A stretch of DNA of 64,000 bases, taken from NCBI GenBank assembly GCA_965218425.1, contig OZ244621.1, positions 1,184,001 to 1,248,000 of the forward strand, read 5' to 3'. Positions 27,794 through 38,315 of the stretch are shown here, piece by piece. Position numbers and translations under genes: made by a program. Under the pieces are notes generated by a model. That model did no database searches, had not been told where the DNA came from, and saw only the letters and a program-made list of their open reading frames with translations. How positions within the stretch are numbered: position 1 is the first letter of the stretch; each line of letters begins with the position of its first letter. The DNA is from an uncultured Candidatus Binatia bacterium (GTDB taxonomy: Bacteria; Desulfobacterota; Binatia; UBA9968; CAXXLF01).

Positions 27794-28534
27794 TCACCCG
27801 GCCTGGACTCCGCCGTCCACCAGGATATCCGAGCCGGTGATCATATCCGAGTCCTTGGAAGCGAGGAATACGGCTGTCCGCGCCACATCTTCCGGCGTGC
27901 ATTGGCGCCCCACCAGATTGGTGACTTTCCAGTCACGGGGCTTCTCACCCGGACCAACCACCGTCCTGACCCTGTTGGGCGTAATGCTGTTAACCCGGAT
28001 ATCGTAGGGAGCAAGCTGCATGGCCAGCGACCGGGTGAGGTTCAGGACGCCTCCTTTGGCCGAGGGGTAAGCAGTGGCGTCGGTTCGTCCTCGATGCCCA
28101 GAGGTGGAAGCGATATTGATAATCCTACCCCCCCGACCCGCCCCCGCCATACGCTTGGCCGCATACTTGGTGCAGAGAAAAACACTCTTCAAGCTAACGG
28201 CGATGACCCGGTCCCAGTCGCTCTCGTCAAGTTCCAGCACGTTCTTACGGTCCACCACCCCTACGTTGTTCACCAGTACATTCACGGCCCCCCATCTCGC
28301 CACCACCTGAGCCACCATCTGCTCCACCTGGGCGCCGGATGTAACGTCACACCTCATAGCCGCTGCCGTGTCGGGCCGACTCACGTTGATGGACTGCGCC
28401 ACGGACCTGGCTCTTGCCTCCTCAACGTCCACCACGGCCACACGGGCGCCCTCCTCGGCGAAGGCCCGCGCAATCCCCTCTCCGATGTTGCGCCCCGCGC
28501 CGGTCACGATAGCAATACTATTTTCAAGCCTCAC
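27794..28534 (-). CDS. SDR family oxidoreductase
   Basis: TGAGRNIG, VNNVG, YPSAK; GTG start after GGAGG. Confidence 0.9.
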   Translation of the reverse strand: MRLENSIAIVTGAGRNIGEGIARAFAEEGARVAVVDVEEARARSVAQSINVSRPDTAAAMRCDVTSGAQVEQMVAQVVARWGAVNVLVNNVGVVDRKNVLELDESDWDRVIAVSLKSVFLCTKYAAKRMAGAGRGGRIINIASTSGHRGRTDATAYPSAKGGVLNLTRSLAMQLAPYDIRVNSITPNRVRTVVGPGEKPRDWKVTNLVGRQCTPEDVARTAVFLASKDSDMITGSDILVDGGVQAG

Positions 28535-28557
28535 GGCGGCGCCTCCCGACGGACCCT

Positions 28558-28797
28558 CTAATCCCTTCCATTCCCTCCCCGGATCCTCCCTTTCACCCAT
28601 AGCTTCGCCAACTCCAGAGCGCAAGAGTCGGCCTCCCGTTGCGAGTCGAAACTAGCCCTTCTTCGGCCAAAGATGGGTATGGATTTCACGCCTTTGCCAT
28701 CTTCAACGATGATGGAGGCCCGGGGAACCCAGCCCCCGTTTTGAAGTTGATAGGATGTCAGCTCGATGGTATGATCTTGGTAAGACACCTTTTTCAT
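28558..28797 (-). CDS. Small hypothetical protein
   Basis: MKKVSYQDHTIELTSYQL...WVPRA...A...AKLWV; plausible small beta-rich protein. Confidence 0.5.
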   Translation of the reverse strand: MKKVSYQDHTIELTSYQLQNGGWVPRASIIVEDGKGVKSIPIFGRRRASFDSQREADSCALELAKLWVKGRIRGGNGRD

Positions 28798-28825
28798 TTT
28801 GTATTGCGCAGAGCCCCCCCCGAAC

Positions 28826-28972
28826 CGAAATCCAGATCTCGAAGCTCGAAATCTCAAATAAACCGACGCGCCAGATCTAGAATCCGAAATCCGAAACAGG
28901 ATCGTTTGGAATTTTACGTTGTTCGATCATTCGGATTTGCTTCGAATTTTGGATTTCGAGCCTCGAATCTGC
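28826..28972. repeat. Imperfect palindromic intergenic repeat (AAATCCGAAATCC...TTTGGATTTCG type)
   Basis: CAGATCTCGAAGCTCGAAAT at the left pairs with ATTTCGAGCCTCGAATCTG at the right; internal AATCCGAA/TTCGGATT. Confidence 0.6.
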
Positions 28973-28981
28973 AGTTTCATT

Positions 28982-29989
28982 TTAACCTGGCGTACGTTGC
29001 GCCTTTGCGCGAGCTGTCCTTTTCGTGACGGCGTCCGGGTTATGCACGCGAATGGGACTGCCGGCAATATATGCCGACACATTCTCTACCGTCATCTCCA
29101 CCCACGGACCGTAGGACTCACGGGTCGTCCACCCTGCGTGCGGGGAAAGAAGAAGATTCTCCAGATGACGGATGGGCGAGTCGTGAGGAAGGGGTTCCTC
29201 CATAAACACGTCGAGGGCCGCTCCGGCTATACGCTTTGCAGCCACGGCCTCCAGCAAAGCCGGTTCATCGGTTATGGCCGCGCGTGCGGTATTCACAAGG
29301 TAAGCCGTCTGCTTCATCGAACCGATTCGCTCGCGACTCACCAGTCCTCGCGACAGGTCCGACAGGGGAAGATGGATTGACACGAAATCCGATTCCCGCA
29401 TGACGTCGTCAAGCTCCAGGCGCTCTACGCCGCTTTGCAGGGCGCGCTCTTCAGTGAGGGTAGGCCCCCAGGCCGCAACGCGCATCTCCAGCGCGGACGC
29501 GGCCCTGGCCACTCGAGTTCCGATCTTGCCCATGCCGAGGATGCCGAGGGTCTTGCCTTGCACGGATCCAAAGAGCTCAATGGGCCAATGACCCCGGCGC
29601 ACGGCAAGGTCGTTCTGGGGGATTCGGCGCGTGAGGGAGAGCATGAAAGCGATGGTGAGCTCCGCCACCGAGGGGGACGATCCCCCGGGCGCATTGGCGA
29701 GCAGAATCCCGCGACGGGTGGCCTCGGACACATCCACATGGTAAAAGTGGGACCCCGTATTGGAGACTAGGCGGAGGTCGGGGAGCCGGCCAAGCAATTC
29801 CGCGGTAAACCTGGTGCGCTCCCGGTTGGCGATGATGATCTCGACCCCGCCGAGCGCCTCCACCAGGGCATCCTGGGAGGGAAAAGGTTCCTCGCAAACG
29901 GTTACGTCACACCTCCGGCGCAAATGTTTTACCGCATCCGAAGGGCCGAAGACGCGGTGGTAGTCATCGATTACTGTAACCTTTTTCAT
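28982..29989 (-). CDS. D-2-hydroxyacid dehydrogenase family protein
   Basis: VIDDY, GILGMGKIG, VNTARA, LDVF..EP, SPHAGW. Confidence 0.92.
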   Translation of the reverse strand: MKKVTVIDDYHRVFGPSDAVKHLRRRCDVTVCEEPFPSQDALVEALGGVEIIIANRERTRFTAELLGRLPDLRLVSNTGSHFYHVDVSEATRRGILLANAPGGSSPSVAELTIAFMLSLTRRIPQNDLAVRRGHWPIELFGSVQGKTLGILGMGKIGTRVARAASALEMRVAAWGPTLTEERALQSGVERLELDDVMRESDFVSIHLPLSDLSRGLVSRERIGSMKQTAYLVNTARAAITDEPALLEAVAAKRIAGAALDVFMEEPLPHDSPIRHLENLLLSPHAGWTTRESYGPWVEMTVENVSAYIAGSPIRVHNPDAVTKRTARAKAQRTPG

Positions 29990-30238
29990 GATTCCATCCG
30001 ATTTCCATGAGACCGCCGCGGGTTTACACCCGTGGTATCCTCTGATTCTTCGGCGAAATCCACCGAGGCTCCTCCTTGCTTGCTCCGCCGAATCGGCCTC
30101 GGCTGCGAAGGCGGATGTTCTTATAGCACGGCCCTGGAACTGATTTCCACCGTAGCAAGTTGTTGCCTGCAGGGGGGTTGACCGGGAGACGAGGCATGGC
30201 AATATTCGGATTCACTGTTCAGAGCACCGCGTTGTCGG

Positions 30239-30430
30239 TTGAGCAATGAAAGCCTTTGGCATACGTTTATCATCGTCTTGATCTTTATCAGTCAGGCCGT
30301 CTCTCTCGCAGGGGCGCCGGACCCACAGGATCTCGCGAAACTTAAACCGCCCACTTTTTCACCTCCAGACAAAGCGCCGGCATTTGCCCTCAACAACCCT
30401 GAGGGTAGAGAGATAAGCCCTGCCATTTGA
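30239..30430 (+). pseudogene. Truncated redoxin/AhpC-TSA-type N-terminus
   Basis: Signal-like start followed by KAPAFALNNPEGREIS and a premature stop. Confidence 0.45.
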
Positions 30431-30577
30431 TTCGAAAGAACCTCCAAGACCCGTTCCATTCCAATTCTAGCCTTGACCGCAGTGGATAGCACTAAAAGCC
30501 TTTTACCCCTTCACGCCCGGTGGCATCCATTGAGAAGTTATCGGTGTAATGAAACTCCATGGACCGACTTGTGCCTG

Positions 30578-31498
30578 TCATTTCATGATGTCGAGAACGA
30601 TCAGTTCATAGGGCATGGGTATGCTCTTCCACTTTGGTCCGGCTTTCCTTTCAATCACATCAAGATTCAATCTCATAATGCCAAAGAGCACAACCTCGTC
30701 GTTGACCTCAAGACTTCCGGCGCTTTTATCCGCCGTCGTCCCCATGATGGTGAGCGCACGGAGGTTCCTTTCCATAAAGCCGTCTCGGTGCACCACCGCC
30801 ACATCAAACACATGTCCATCTTTACGCTTTTCAGCGACGCTCATCACTACGGCAAGGAGGGTCCAGTGGCTGAAACCGGTCCTTGACCCTTTGACGGCAA
30901 TATAGGGCTCTCCCTCCTTATCAACACGGCGAATCGAGATTTTTCTTCTGTTCAAGGTGGAGGGCAGCTTGCCCCCACGATGTCCGATAAAGGGAATGTC
31001 TCTCTTTTGGACCCCTCGGGTCATCTCCAGAAACGAGATGCCACCCAGGCGAGTCAGCGGATGGAGTTGCACCATATGATCCGGGGTCGAGCTGGTGTAA
31101 CGGGCCAGCGGGTCACATTCGCATTGTCGTTTGCCCCCCTGGGGAGGGTGTTCCAGCCACACCCGTAGAACCCCTTCCGCCTCAAGGACTTGTCCCTCGA
31201 GGGGCTTGAGCTTGCGGGACCAGTAATTCGCAGGCGTCCTTTCCGGTTGAGAACAGGCATTTTTGATCCCTCCCAAGATAGCGACCCTGATGTCTTTGCT
31301 TCTGAGCGGAACGTGAAGATTGCAGTCCTTTTCAATGGGCCGCGCTTTTTCCCCGATGTGTTCGGGGGTCGCCCGGATGGTAACGAGAATATCATGTCGG
31401 TGCTTCTTGACCACACGCTCACGAAGCCAGATCTCCGCTGCTAAAAGACTGGAAGGAGCAACGAGCAATAATAATACGACGCTGAGGAAGCTTGTCAT
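30578..31498 (-). CDS. Hypothetical secreted protein
   Basis: 306 aa ORF with signal peptide and WLEHP / HMVQLHP motifs. Confidence 0.65.
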   Translation of the reverse strand: MTSFLSVVLLLLVAPSSLLAAEIWLRERVVKKHRHDILVTIRATPEHIGEKARPIEKDCNLHVPLRSKDIRVAILGGIKNACSQPERTPANYWSRKLKPLEGQVLEAEGVLRVWLEHPPQGGKRQCECDPLARYTSSTPDHMVQLHPLTRLGGISFLEMTRGVQKRDIPFIGHRGGKLPSTLNRRKISIRRVDKEGEPYIAVKGSRTGFSHWTLLAVVMSVAEKRKDGHVFDVAVVHRDGFMERNLRALTIMGTTADKSAGSLEVNDEVVLFGIMRLNLDVIERKAGPKWKSIPMPYELIVLDIMK

Positions 31499-31936
31499 CT
31501 GATTCTCCAGGCCAAAGGCATAGCACGAATCACGTGATCATGAAGAGCATCAAAGCGGTTAAAATTCTTTGCGGGTTTGGTGTCGTGACGCGATAAACCT
31601 TGTTGAAGCGGGTCTGTAGCAGCTTCCATCGGTAAGATTCCATTGATATTGATTCAATTGCAGGCTATCTAATGTCCAGCTTATTTTTTTGAGACCGAGA
31701 ATGCGAATCGCGGCGATATTTATTTTGCTTTTGGCTTTTGCTCCGCTAACGGCTTGCTCCCCCAAGGTCGGCGGCAAGGAGTGATGCGAAGAGATGAAGA
31801 AAAAATCCAAAGGGGATTGGACTGCAAACGAAGCCGCTGATTTTGCGAAGCACCGAGTGATGGGGTGGGCGCCTTCAATTAACCGACGGTCAACACTCGC
31901 GAATTGGCCGGTGTTTCCCTTTAGGGCGACACAGCA

Positions 31937-32557
31937 ATGCTAAGGGTCTGGGGCAGGAAAGATTCATCCAACGTTCAAAAGGTGGTGTGGTGCTGTGACG
32001 AGCTGGGCGTTCCCTTCGAGCGCATGGACATTGCAGGGGCCTTTGGCGGAAACCGAGAGAAACCCTACCTTGATTTAAACCCCAACGGCCTCGTTCCCGC
32101 TATTGAAGATGAGGGATTCGTGCTGTGGGAATCCAACAGCATCCTTCGCTATCTGGTTGAAAAATACGGCCGGGGACGACTCCTGCCTGTCACCATGGAA
32201 GCACGGGCCAGCGCCAACCGCTGGATGGATTGGCAGCTGACGGCGATGAATCCCTTTATGGTAGCCCTGTTCCAGGGATTGATACGGCAATCCGAAGCCG
32301 AGCGAGATCCGGCGGCCGTTGAAAGGGCCCGGCAGCATGCCGCTGATAAGTGGAAGATGGTTGACGACTATCTCAAGGAAGATCCTTACCTGGCTGGGGA
32401 TACTTTCAGCATGGGGGATATACCGCTGGGCGTTTGGGCCCATCGCTGGTTCAACCTGTCCATTGATCGACCTCAATTGCCCCGAGTGGAGCAGTGGTAC
32501 GCCCGTCTCTGTGAACGCCCCGCCTATCAAAAAAATATTATGATCCCTCTCACGTGA
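31937..32557 (+). CDS. gstB: Glutathione S-transferase (GstB-like)
   Basis: WGR..SSNVQKV, LNPNGLVP, LWESNSILRYL, RWMDW, GDIPLG. Confidence 0.88.
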   Translation: MLRVWGRKDSSNVQKVVWCCDELGVPFERMDIAGAFGGNREKPYLDLNPNGLVPAIEDEGFVLWESNSILRYLVEKYGRGRLLPVTMEARASANRWMDWQLTAMNPFMVALFQGLIRQSEAERDPAAVERARQHAADKWKMVDDYLKEDPYLAGDTFSMGDIPLGVWAHRWFNLSIDRPQLPRVEQWYARLCERPAYQKNIMIPLT

Positions 32558-32724
32558 CTTCCCTCTTGAGTCGAGATCGCGGATTACGGCGGACTTCTAA
32601 TTTCTCTACTAATAGATTCAGATGTTAAAGAATTGATCCGGTAGGTGGACTTTCCTTGCTGGCTCTGTCCTCACTTTTCATCCCGCATCATCCCGCATCA
32701 TCCCACATCCCGCCGCCGCCACTC

Positions 32725-32916
32725 CTAGGACATAGAGTGGCACAAAACCACAGGCCCCCAGGCTCCCAAACCTTGGATCCAATCTCGAAGCTGCCCAAGG
32801 CGTTCCCCCACACCAAAAGCGGGCGCCGATAGGACTACAACTATTAGAAACACCAAAAAGAGAGCAGGTTTCAACCCCTTCCGAACACTTTCGCTAGACA
32901 TAACTGCTTGCTCCAC
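32725..32916 (-). pseudogene. Truncated TVP38/VTT-domain membrane protein
   Basis: LRDWIQGLGAWGPV followed by an early stop. Confidence 0.5.
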
Positions 32917-33071
32917 CCCTGTCTCAGATTATAACATACCCGAGGATTGAAAAGTTCCTCGGGACTTTCACCTCCAATCCACGCCCGAGACATTTGTGAG
33001 TCAGTCCAATTGCACTTTACCACGGTTCTAAGTATCAAAAAAATAATACTCGACACTCAAGAGGTGACACC

Positions 33072-33790
33072 ATGGCGAAAGATGTCGCGTTGTTTGCGGC
33101 GCACGGGATGGGGAAGACCCCCCACCAATTTTGCCGACGAACTTGAGGAAGAACTTTTAAGTGAGTTGGGAAGCACGTATTGGGACCGAGTTCACTTTAA
33201 ACCCATTTTTTACCAGGGGCTCCTGCAAAAGAAACAAGAAAAAGTCTTTAACACCATGAAAAACAGAGCCGAGTTGGACTGGCTTACCTTGCGCCGGTTT
33301 ATCCTGTTCGGTTTTTCGGATGCGGCCGGCCCTGAGTATAGATCGGCTGAGCCCAATAGTCTCTACGAACAGGCGCAAAGGATCATTCTAGATGCGCTCA
33401 ATGAAGCCTTCGATAAGCTGGGGCGGACAGCAAAACCCGTAGTGATCATCTGCCGATCCCTCGGCGGTCATGTACCATCCAACTACCTTTAGGATTCTCA
33501 AATGACAAACGCCACCCATGGCATCCGGAGCAACGGGCGGCAGTGGGAAGCGCCAAGGAGATCGGAAAAGGACAATTTTCGTCGCTTTAAAACCCTGAGG
33601 CACCTTTACACCACGGGTTGCAATATCCCATTTTTTGTCACAGGGCTGGGGCGCGACAACATAAAGGCTGTCAAAACTACGACATCGGGATACCACATTC
33701 AGTGGTTTAACTATTACGACGAAGACGACCCCACCAAGCGCTTCATTACTTAACTCCCTTGCCATATCTTCAAGACCGAGGCATCGTATC
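33072..33790 (+). pseudogene. Frameshifted alpha/beta-hydrolase-like hypothetical gene
   Basis: MAKDVALFAAHGMG, frameshift in the C-run near 33120, SLGG motif, in-frame TAG at 33490, W.NYYD.DD tail. Confidence 0.6.
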
Positions 33791-33838
33791 AACCAAAAAC
33801 CCCTCCCGGTCTCATATGTACTGATCCACTACACGGGT

Positions 33839-33895
33839 TTGACACGTGCCCCATTATTCGGATACTTTCTTTGCAACGCCGTCAACGGCGTGCAA
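33839..33895 (+). promoter_or_regulatory. Putative sigma70 promoter and palindromic operator upstream of the SDR-Rieske operon
   Basis: TTGACA-N16-GATACT followed by TTGCAACGCCGT-CA-ACGGCGTGCAA. Confidence 0.45.
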
Positions 33896-34057
33896 TCAAC
33901 CACCCACTGAGAACCAGATATTATTACGGATAAGCCGCCAAATTCACGTCATATGAACATGCCTCATAGAGCAGCCCTTGTTGGAGTAACCGACCAAAGA
34001 GTATCTGGCCGGAAACCTGGTGGAGTATGGGAAAAACCATACAAATAGGAGGACCTG

Positions 34058-34966
34058 ATGGCCCGATTGGATAGCAAGGTAGCGGTGGTGTTCGGCGCTG
34101 GCCCAAATATAGGGGGAACCATAGCGCACTTCATGGCGAAGGAGGGAGCAAAGGTGGTGGTGAATGATCTTGCCCCGACTGCCGCCGAAGAGACACTGCA
34201 ATTCCTCACCTCACGCGGTTATGAAGCCATTTCCGTTCCCGGAGACGCCACTAAAGAGGAGGACGTGAACAGGATCTTCGGCGAGGCGGCTAAGCGGTTC
34301 GGCCACGTGGACACGGTGGTGAACCTGGCGGGCAATGTGGTTTGGGGCGACGTAACCAAGATGACTCTAGAGGACTTCAGCAAGTGCGTGCTGAGCTTTC
34401 TCTCCGCCGGTTTCCTGACCACCAAGTACGGAGCCCGCGCCATGATCGAGCACGACCGCAAGGGCAGCATCATTCAATTACTCTCCACCGCCGCACATTT
34501 CGGGGAAGCGGGAAGCGTAGCCTACTGCTCGGCCAAAGCCGGCCTAATGAATTTGGCACGATCGGCGGCCATGGACCTCGCCCACATCGGCATCAGGGTA
34601 AACACCATCACCCCCTGCTCCGTGGAGCACCAGCTTTGGACCCGGATGAAGGACGAGGTGGTTAAGGAGCCGCCGCCGCGCACCCGCTCTTTTTATTCCC
34701 GAGATGACTATTTAAAAATGATCCCCATGGCCAGATTCACTCGCGCCTCCGATATCGCGACGGCGGCGGTGTTCCTGGCATCGGACGATGCCCAGTTCAT
34801 GACAGGTGTGGACATACCGGTCGACGGCGGGCTACGTATAAAGTATCCTACCTGGAGGCCCGGCGACTACACAGGTGCTAACATCGAGGACTATCTCAAG
34901 TCCATACAGGTGACCCGCTACGGCGAGCCGGTGGGGGACTATTGGGACACAGTGAAAAACCGCTAG
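34058..34966 (+). CDS. SDR family oxidoreductase
   Basis: FGAGPNIG, YCSAK, VDGG; SD AGGAGG. Confidence 0.9.
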   Translation: MARLDSKVAVVFGAGPNIGGTIAHFMAKEGAKVVVNDLAPTAAEETLQFLTSRGYEAISVPGDATKEEDVNRIFGEAAKRFGHVDTVVNLAGNVVWGDVTKMTLEDFSKCVLSFLSAGFLTTKYGARAMIEHDRKGSIIQLLSTAAHFGEAGSVAYCSAKAGLMNLARSAAMDLAHIGIRVNTITPCSVEHQLWTRMKDEVVKEPPPRTRSFYSRDDYLKMIPMARFTRASDIATAAVFLASDDAQFMTGVDIPVDGGLRIKYPTWRPGDYTGANIEDYLKSIQVTRYGEPVGDYWDTVKNR

Positions 34967-34981
34967 AAGAGGAGAACCGTC

Positions 34982-36241
34982 ATGCAGCAGAAATCAACCC
35001 ATAAGGAAGCAAAAGCCATAGGGCCGGAGCTGTTCACTCAAACGAGCAAGGGAACCCCCATGGGAGACTTTCTCCGTAGGTTCTGGCAACCGGTGGCGGC
35101 CGTGGCCGAAGTGCCAAAAGGTGGGGCGATCCCCGTGCGACTCCTGAGCGAGGATCTAACTCTGTACAGAGGAGAGAGTGGCAGTCCCCACTTGGTGGCC
35201 GCACGATGCGCCCACCGGTTGAACCTGCTCCACACGGGTTGGGTGGAGGATGAAAACATCCGCTGCATGTACCACGGTTGGATGTACGACGGCAAAGGCC
35301 AGTGCGTACAGATGCCCGCCGAAGACCCAAGCTTTCCACCGAAGATCAAGATCACTGGCTACCCCGCGCGGGAATATTGCGGCTTGATCTTCGTATACAT
35401 GGGAGAGGGCGAGCCCCCCGAGTTCGACCTCCCGAGGAACGAGGAACTCGAACGTCCCGAAAACATCCGATGGGTCAATAACAACACCTGGCCGTGCAAC
35501 TGGTTCCAGTCGGTTGAGAACTCACTGGACGCGGTGCATGTGAGCTTCGTGCACCGGTGGGGCAAGCTTGGAGCCTTCGGGGGTGCTGTGACCGATCTCC
35601 TGCCGAAGCTCGAATATGTCGAAACGGAAGCGGGCATCAGGCAGACGGCCACCCGATCCGAAACCAATGTCCGAATCAGCGACTGGACCTTCCCAAACCA
35701 CAACCACATCGTTGTGCCGGGACTGAACGCTGAGGACCCGTGGACCCATACGTTTCCATGGATGGTCCCCATGGATGACGAACGTATGTTACGCATTGCT
35801 CTTCAGAGTTCTTCGGTCCAGGGAGCTGCCGCCAAACGGTTGAAGGAGTACTTGCTTACCCATGGCTACCAGGCTACGGACACGCCCAACGTATTCTTTG
35901 GCAGACATTCCTACAATCCAGCTGATCACAGAGAAGAGCTATTCAGGAAACGTGCGGTGCCGGAAGCGAAGACCAATGAGCTCACGGCTGCCCAGGATTA
36001 CGTGGCCCAGACAGGTCAGGGCACCATCACCGCCAGGTCACAGGAGCACCTAGGGCAGTCAGATGCCGGCATTATCTTCCTCAGAAAAATCTTTGAGCGC
36101 GAGTTGAGCGCCATGCTCGACGGCCGACCTCTCAAACAATGGAAGCAACGAACAAACCCTCTGGATCTCCCTAGCCAACCGGGGGAAACACCAGGGAAGA
36201 AGGAGGGCTGGGATCGTAAAGGGGTCACGGCGACCACTTAA
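34982..36241 (+). CDS. Rieske non-heme iron oxygenase alpha subunit (phthalate 4,5-dioxygenase/LigX-like)
   Basis: CAHR...CMYHGW Rieske motif, ENSLDAVHVSFVH iron site, QD...EHLGQSD. Confidence 0.92.
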   Translation: MQQKSTHKEAKAIGPELFTQTSKGTPMGDFLRRFWQPVAAVAEVPKGGAIPVRLLSEDLTLYRGESGSPHLVAARCAHRLNLLHTGWVEDENIRCMYHGWMYDGKGQCVQMPAEDPSFPPKIKITGYPAREYCGLIFVYMGEGEPPEFDLPRNEELERPENIRWVNNNTWPCNWFQSVENSLDAVHVSFVHRWGKLGAFGGAVTDLLPKLEYVETEAGIRQTATRSETNVRISDWTFPNHNHIVVPGLNAEDPWTHTFPWMVPMDDERMLRIALQSSSVQGAAAKRLKEYLLTHGYQATDTPNVFFGRHSYNPADHREELFRKRAVPEAKTNELTAAQDYVAQTGQGTITARSQEHLGQSDAGIIFLRKIFERELSAMLDGRPLKQWKQRTNPLDLPSQPGETPGKKEGWDRKGVTATT

Positions 36242-36389
36242 AGTCAGCACTGATAGCGCAAAACGGACAGGAATCTTCAGGGTGCGGCCAGCCTCTTCAG
36301 AGATGAAGCGGCTGGCCATGTCTTCGACCCTGAGGCTAAGCCTCAAGCTCAGACCCGAAGAGAGCGAGCAGCCGATCGGCCGCGAGTCG

Positions 36390-36434
36390 AATGGCGGTCG
36401 CAGCAGGACTCGAACCTGCGACCACTTGCATGTG
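36390..36434 (-). repeat. att site: duplicated 3' half of tRNA-Val(CAC)
   Basis: AATGGCGGTCGCAGCAGGACTCGAACCTGCGACCACTTGCATGTG matches 63208-63252 at 43/45. Confidence 0.93.
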
Positions 36435-36436
36435 GG

Positions 36437-36874
36437 CTAACTCCTAACAATATCTTCGAACGAAGGTTCGGGCATCCCCTGCTTCCAGATCGGATCCCGG
36501 AGCTCAAGCCTGTTCCCGGTTGGATCAAAAAAATAGAGCTCCCTACCCGTGAAATGACCTCTTGCCCGATAAACGAGCTCGATGACAGGAACCTTCCTTT
36601 CGTCAAAAACCTTACAAGCCTGCACGAAGGTCTGCGGGCTAACTGTAAAAGAATGATGGACCAGGTGATCTTCTTCAGACGGCTTCTCTACAGGCTGGTT
36701 GCGCGCGCAAAGCAGAATGCTGTGATCCCCGACGTTGAAGCACGACATGCCTGAAGTACCAAGCCGGCCTCCCGGAATAAGGCCGAGCAGATCGCCGTAG
36801 AATTTTTCCGACTCTTCCAGGTTGTTTACCGGAATGGACCAGTGCGTAACGCCCTCGATTTTTAGTAATCCCAT
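36437..36874 (-). CDS. VOC (glyoxalase/bleomycin resistance) family protein
   Basis: THWSIPV..LEESEKFY, HHSF, YFFDPTGNRLEL. Confidence 0.9.
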   Translation of the reverse strand: MGLLKIEGVTHWSIPVNNLEESEKFYGDLLGLIPGGRLGTSGMSCFNVGDHSILLCARNQPVEKPSEEDHLVHHSFTVSPQTFVQACKVFDERKVPVIELVYRARGHFTGRELYFFDPTGNRLELRDPIWKQGMPEPSFEDIVRS

Positions 36875-36960
36875 GGTAGCCTCCTTTTGGGTATTCTAAC
36901 TCTAGCGATATTGTTCTTCCAGGGGGAGCTTCTCCTTTGCGATATTGAGCAGGAAAGTAA

Positions 36961-37695
36961 TTATCCATAAGGTGATCGCAGGAAAAAGAGCTGACCCGTG
37001 ATATAGCGGGCAGCGTTCGACAGCAAATAACGAACCAGACCAGTGATCTCGTCTTTTTCGGTTAGGCCTCCTTGCAAAGGAGGAACCGATTTGACTTTCT
37101 GCCAATAGTCATCCGGGACACCGGCTCTGCCCATTGGGGTTTCGGTCCAGCCCGGCGCAATGGCGTTCACAAGAATGTTATCTGGAGCTACTTCTCTAGC
37201 CATGGATTGGGTAAACGCGATTACGCCTGCCTTGGACGCGGCATAGTGTGAAGCATTGGGCTCTCCTACCACGCCCCGGTTTGAGGCCGTGTTCAGAATG
37301 CGGCCTTGCTTCCTTTTGCGCATGGCTTCTGCAGCCGCCTGAGAGCACAAAAAAATACCCCTGAGATTGACATCCAACACCCGGTCCCATTCCTTGGCCG
37401 TCATGTCTTTGACGGACGCAATGCTCCTGACACCTGCCGTGTTGATTTGGAAGTCTAACTGCCCGTACTTTTTGAGGACCTGATCCATCATGCCAGCTAC
37501 GCTATCTTTGTCCCCCACATCAACAGCAACGGCAAGTGCCTCGTTTCCAGCCCTCTGGAGGTGACTGGCTAGAAGTTCTGCATCGTCTTTTTTTAAGTCC
37601 GCGACGACGACCCTAAGACCGTCCTGGGCAAGTGCTGTACAAATGGCGGATCCAATTCCACCTGCTCCCCCTGTTACAATAGCGACGTCTGCCAT
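36961..37695 (-). CDS. SDR family oxidoreductase
   Basis: TGGAGGIG, YAASK, NAIAPG. Confidence 0.9.
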   Translation of the reverse strand: MADVAIVTGGAGGIGSAICTALAQDGLRVVVADLKKDDAELLASHLQRAGNEALAVAVDVGDKDSVAGMMDQVLKKYGQLDFQINTAGVRSIASVKDMTAKEWDRVLDVNLRGIFLCSQAAAEAMRKRKQGRILNTASNRGVVGEPNASHYAASKAGVIAFTQSMAREVAPDNILVNAIAPGWTETPMGRAGVPDDYWQKVKSVPPLQGGLTEKDEITGLVRYLLSNAARYITGQLFFLRSPYG

Positions 37696-37763
37696 TATTA
37701 CCTCTAAACGTTTTGCTGTTTCATCCTTTTCTTTTCGCCGAGAACCAACAATCCACTAGGTTC

Positions 37764-38252
37764 TCACCTTTCGCTAAATTCCAGCCAACTGTTTTTGATA
37801 TTTTCCACGAATTCCTTGAGTATGGCGTCGGCCTTTTTCCGGATGATGGGTTGTTCGAACTCGCCTATTTTGCCAAGGATACTGACATCGGTTTCGACGA
37901 GAAACTCCGTCTCACTAGAACTGATTTCCTTGAGCGACATCACGGTCTTACCCCTGACTGCCCCAGCGGCCATTCGATCGTTTGCCTCGGCCCGCAGAGC
38001 CGCACTCCAGCTCCCCCGGTCACGCTGCTCAAGAAAGATCTTATCATCGAGATTGAGTGAGATGGGTCCTATACGCACCTTCAGCTTCCCTTGGTAGGTT
38101 GTGTCGTCGATCTGAGTAACGGATTCCACCCCCGGAAGGGATTGTGCCACTTTCGGCACATCCATGAGAAAATCCCATAGAGGTTCACGAGCCGTAGGTA
38201 TCACTGCTTGTCGATTAAACTTCACCTTTGCCTCCCTTTCAGTGGTCTCCAT
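37764..38252 (-). CDS. coxG: CoxG/SRPBCC family protein
   Basis: LWDFLMD...A..LPG, KVRIGPI, GKIGEF pattern; Mo-hydroxylase context. Confidence 0.8.
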   Translation of the reverse strand: METTEREAKVKFNRQAVIPTAREPLWDFLMDVPKVAQSLPGVESVTQIDDTTYQGKLKVRIGPISLNLDDKIFLEQRDRGSWSAALRAEANDRMAAGAVRGKTVMSLKEISSSETEFLVETDVSILGKIGEFEQPIIRKKADAILKEFVENIKNSWLEFSER

Positions 38253-38315
38253 TGGAGACCAACGCCTATTGTATATCCGTCAATTTGATCGTTACACCGA
38301 CATCGCCATCGGTGC

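Noticed and set aside
30000..30230. Possible structured ncRNA or riboswitch upstream of the dehydrogenase
   Set aside because: GC-rich hairpins are possible, but no recognisable family consensus; an Rfam/Infernal scan would be needed.
32679..32715. Short TCATCCCGCA tandem repeat
   Set aside because: Only about three units next to a truncated gene; no evidence of function.
36390..36434. Second tRNA gene
   Set aside because: Only the 3' half is present (no D arm or 5' acceptor strand); it is an att duplication.
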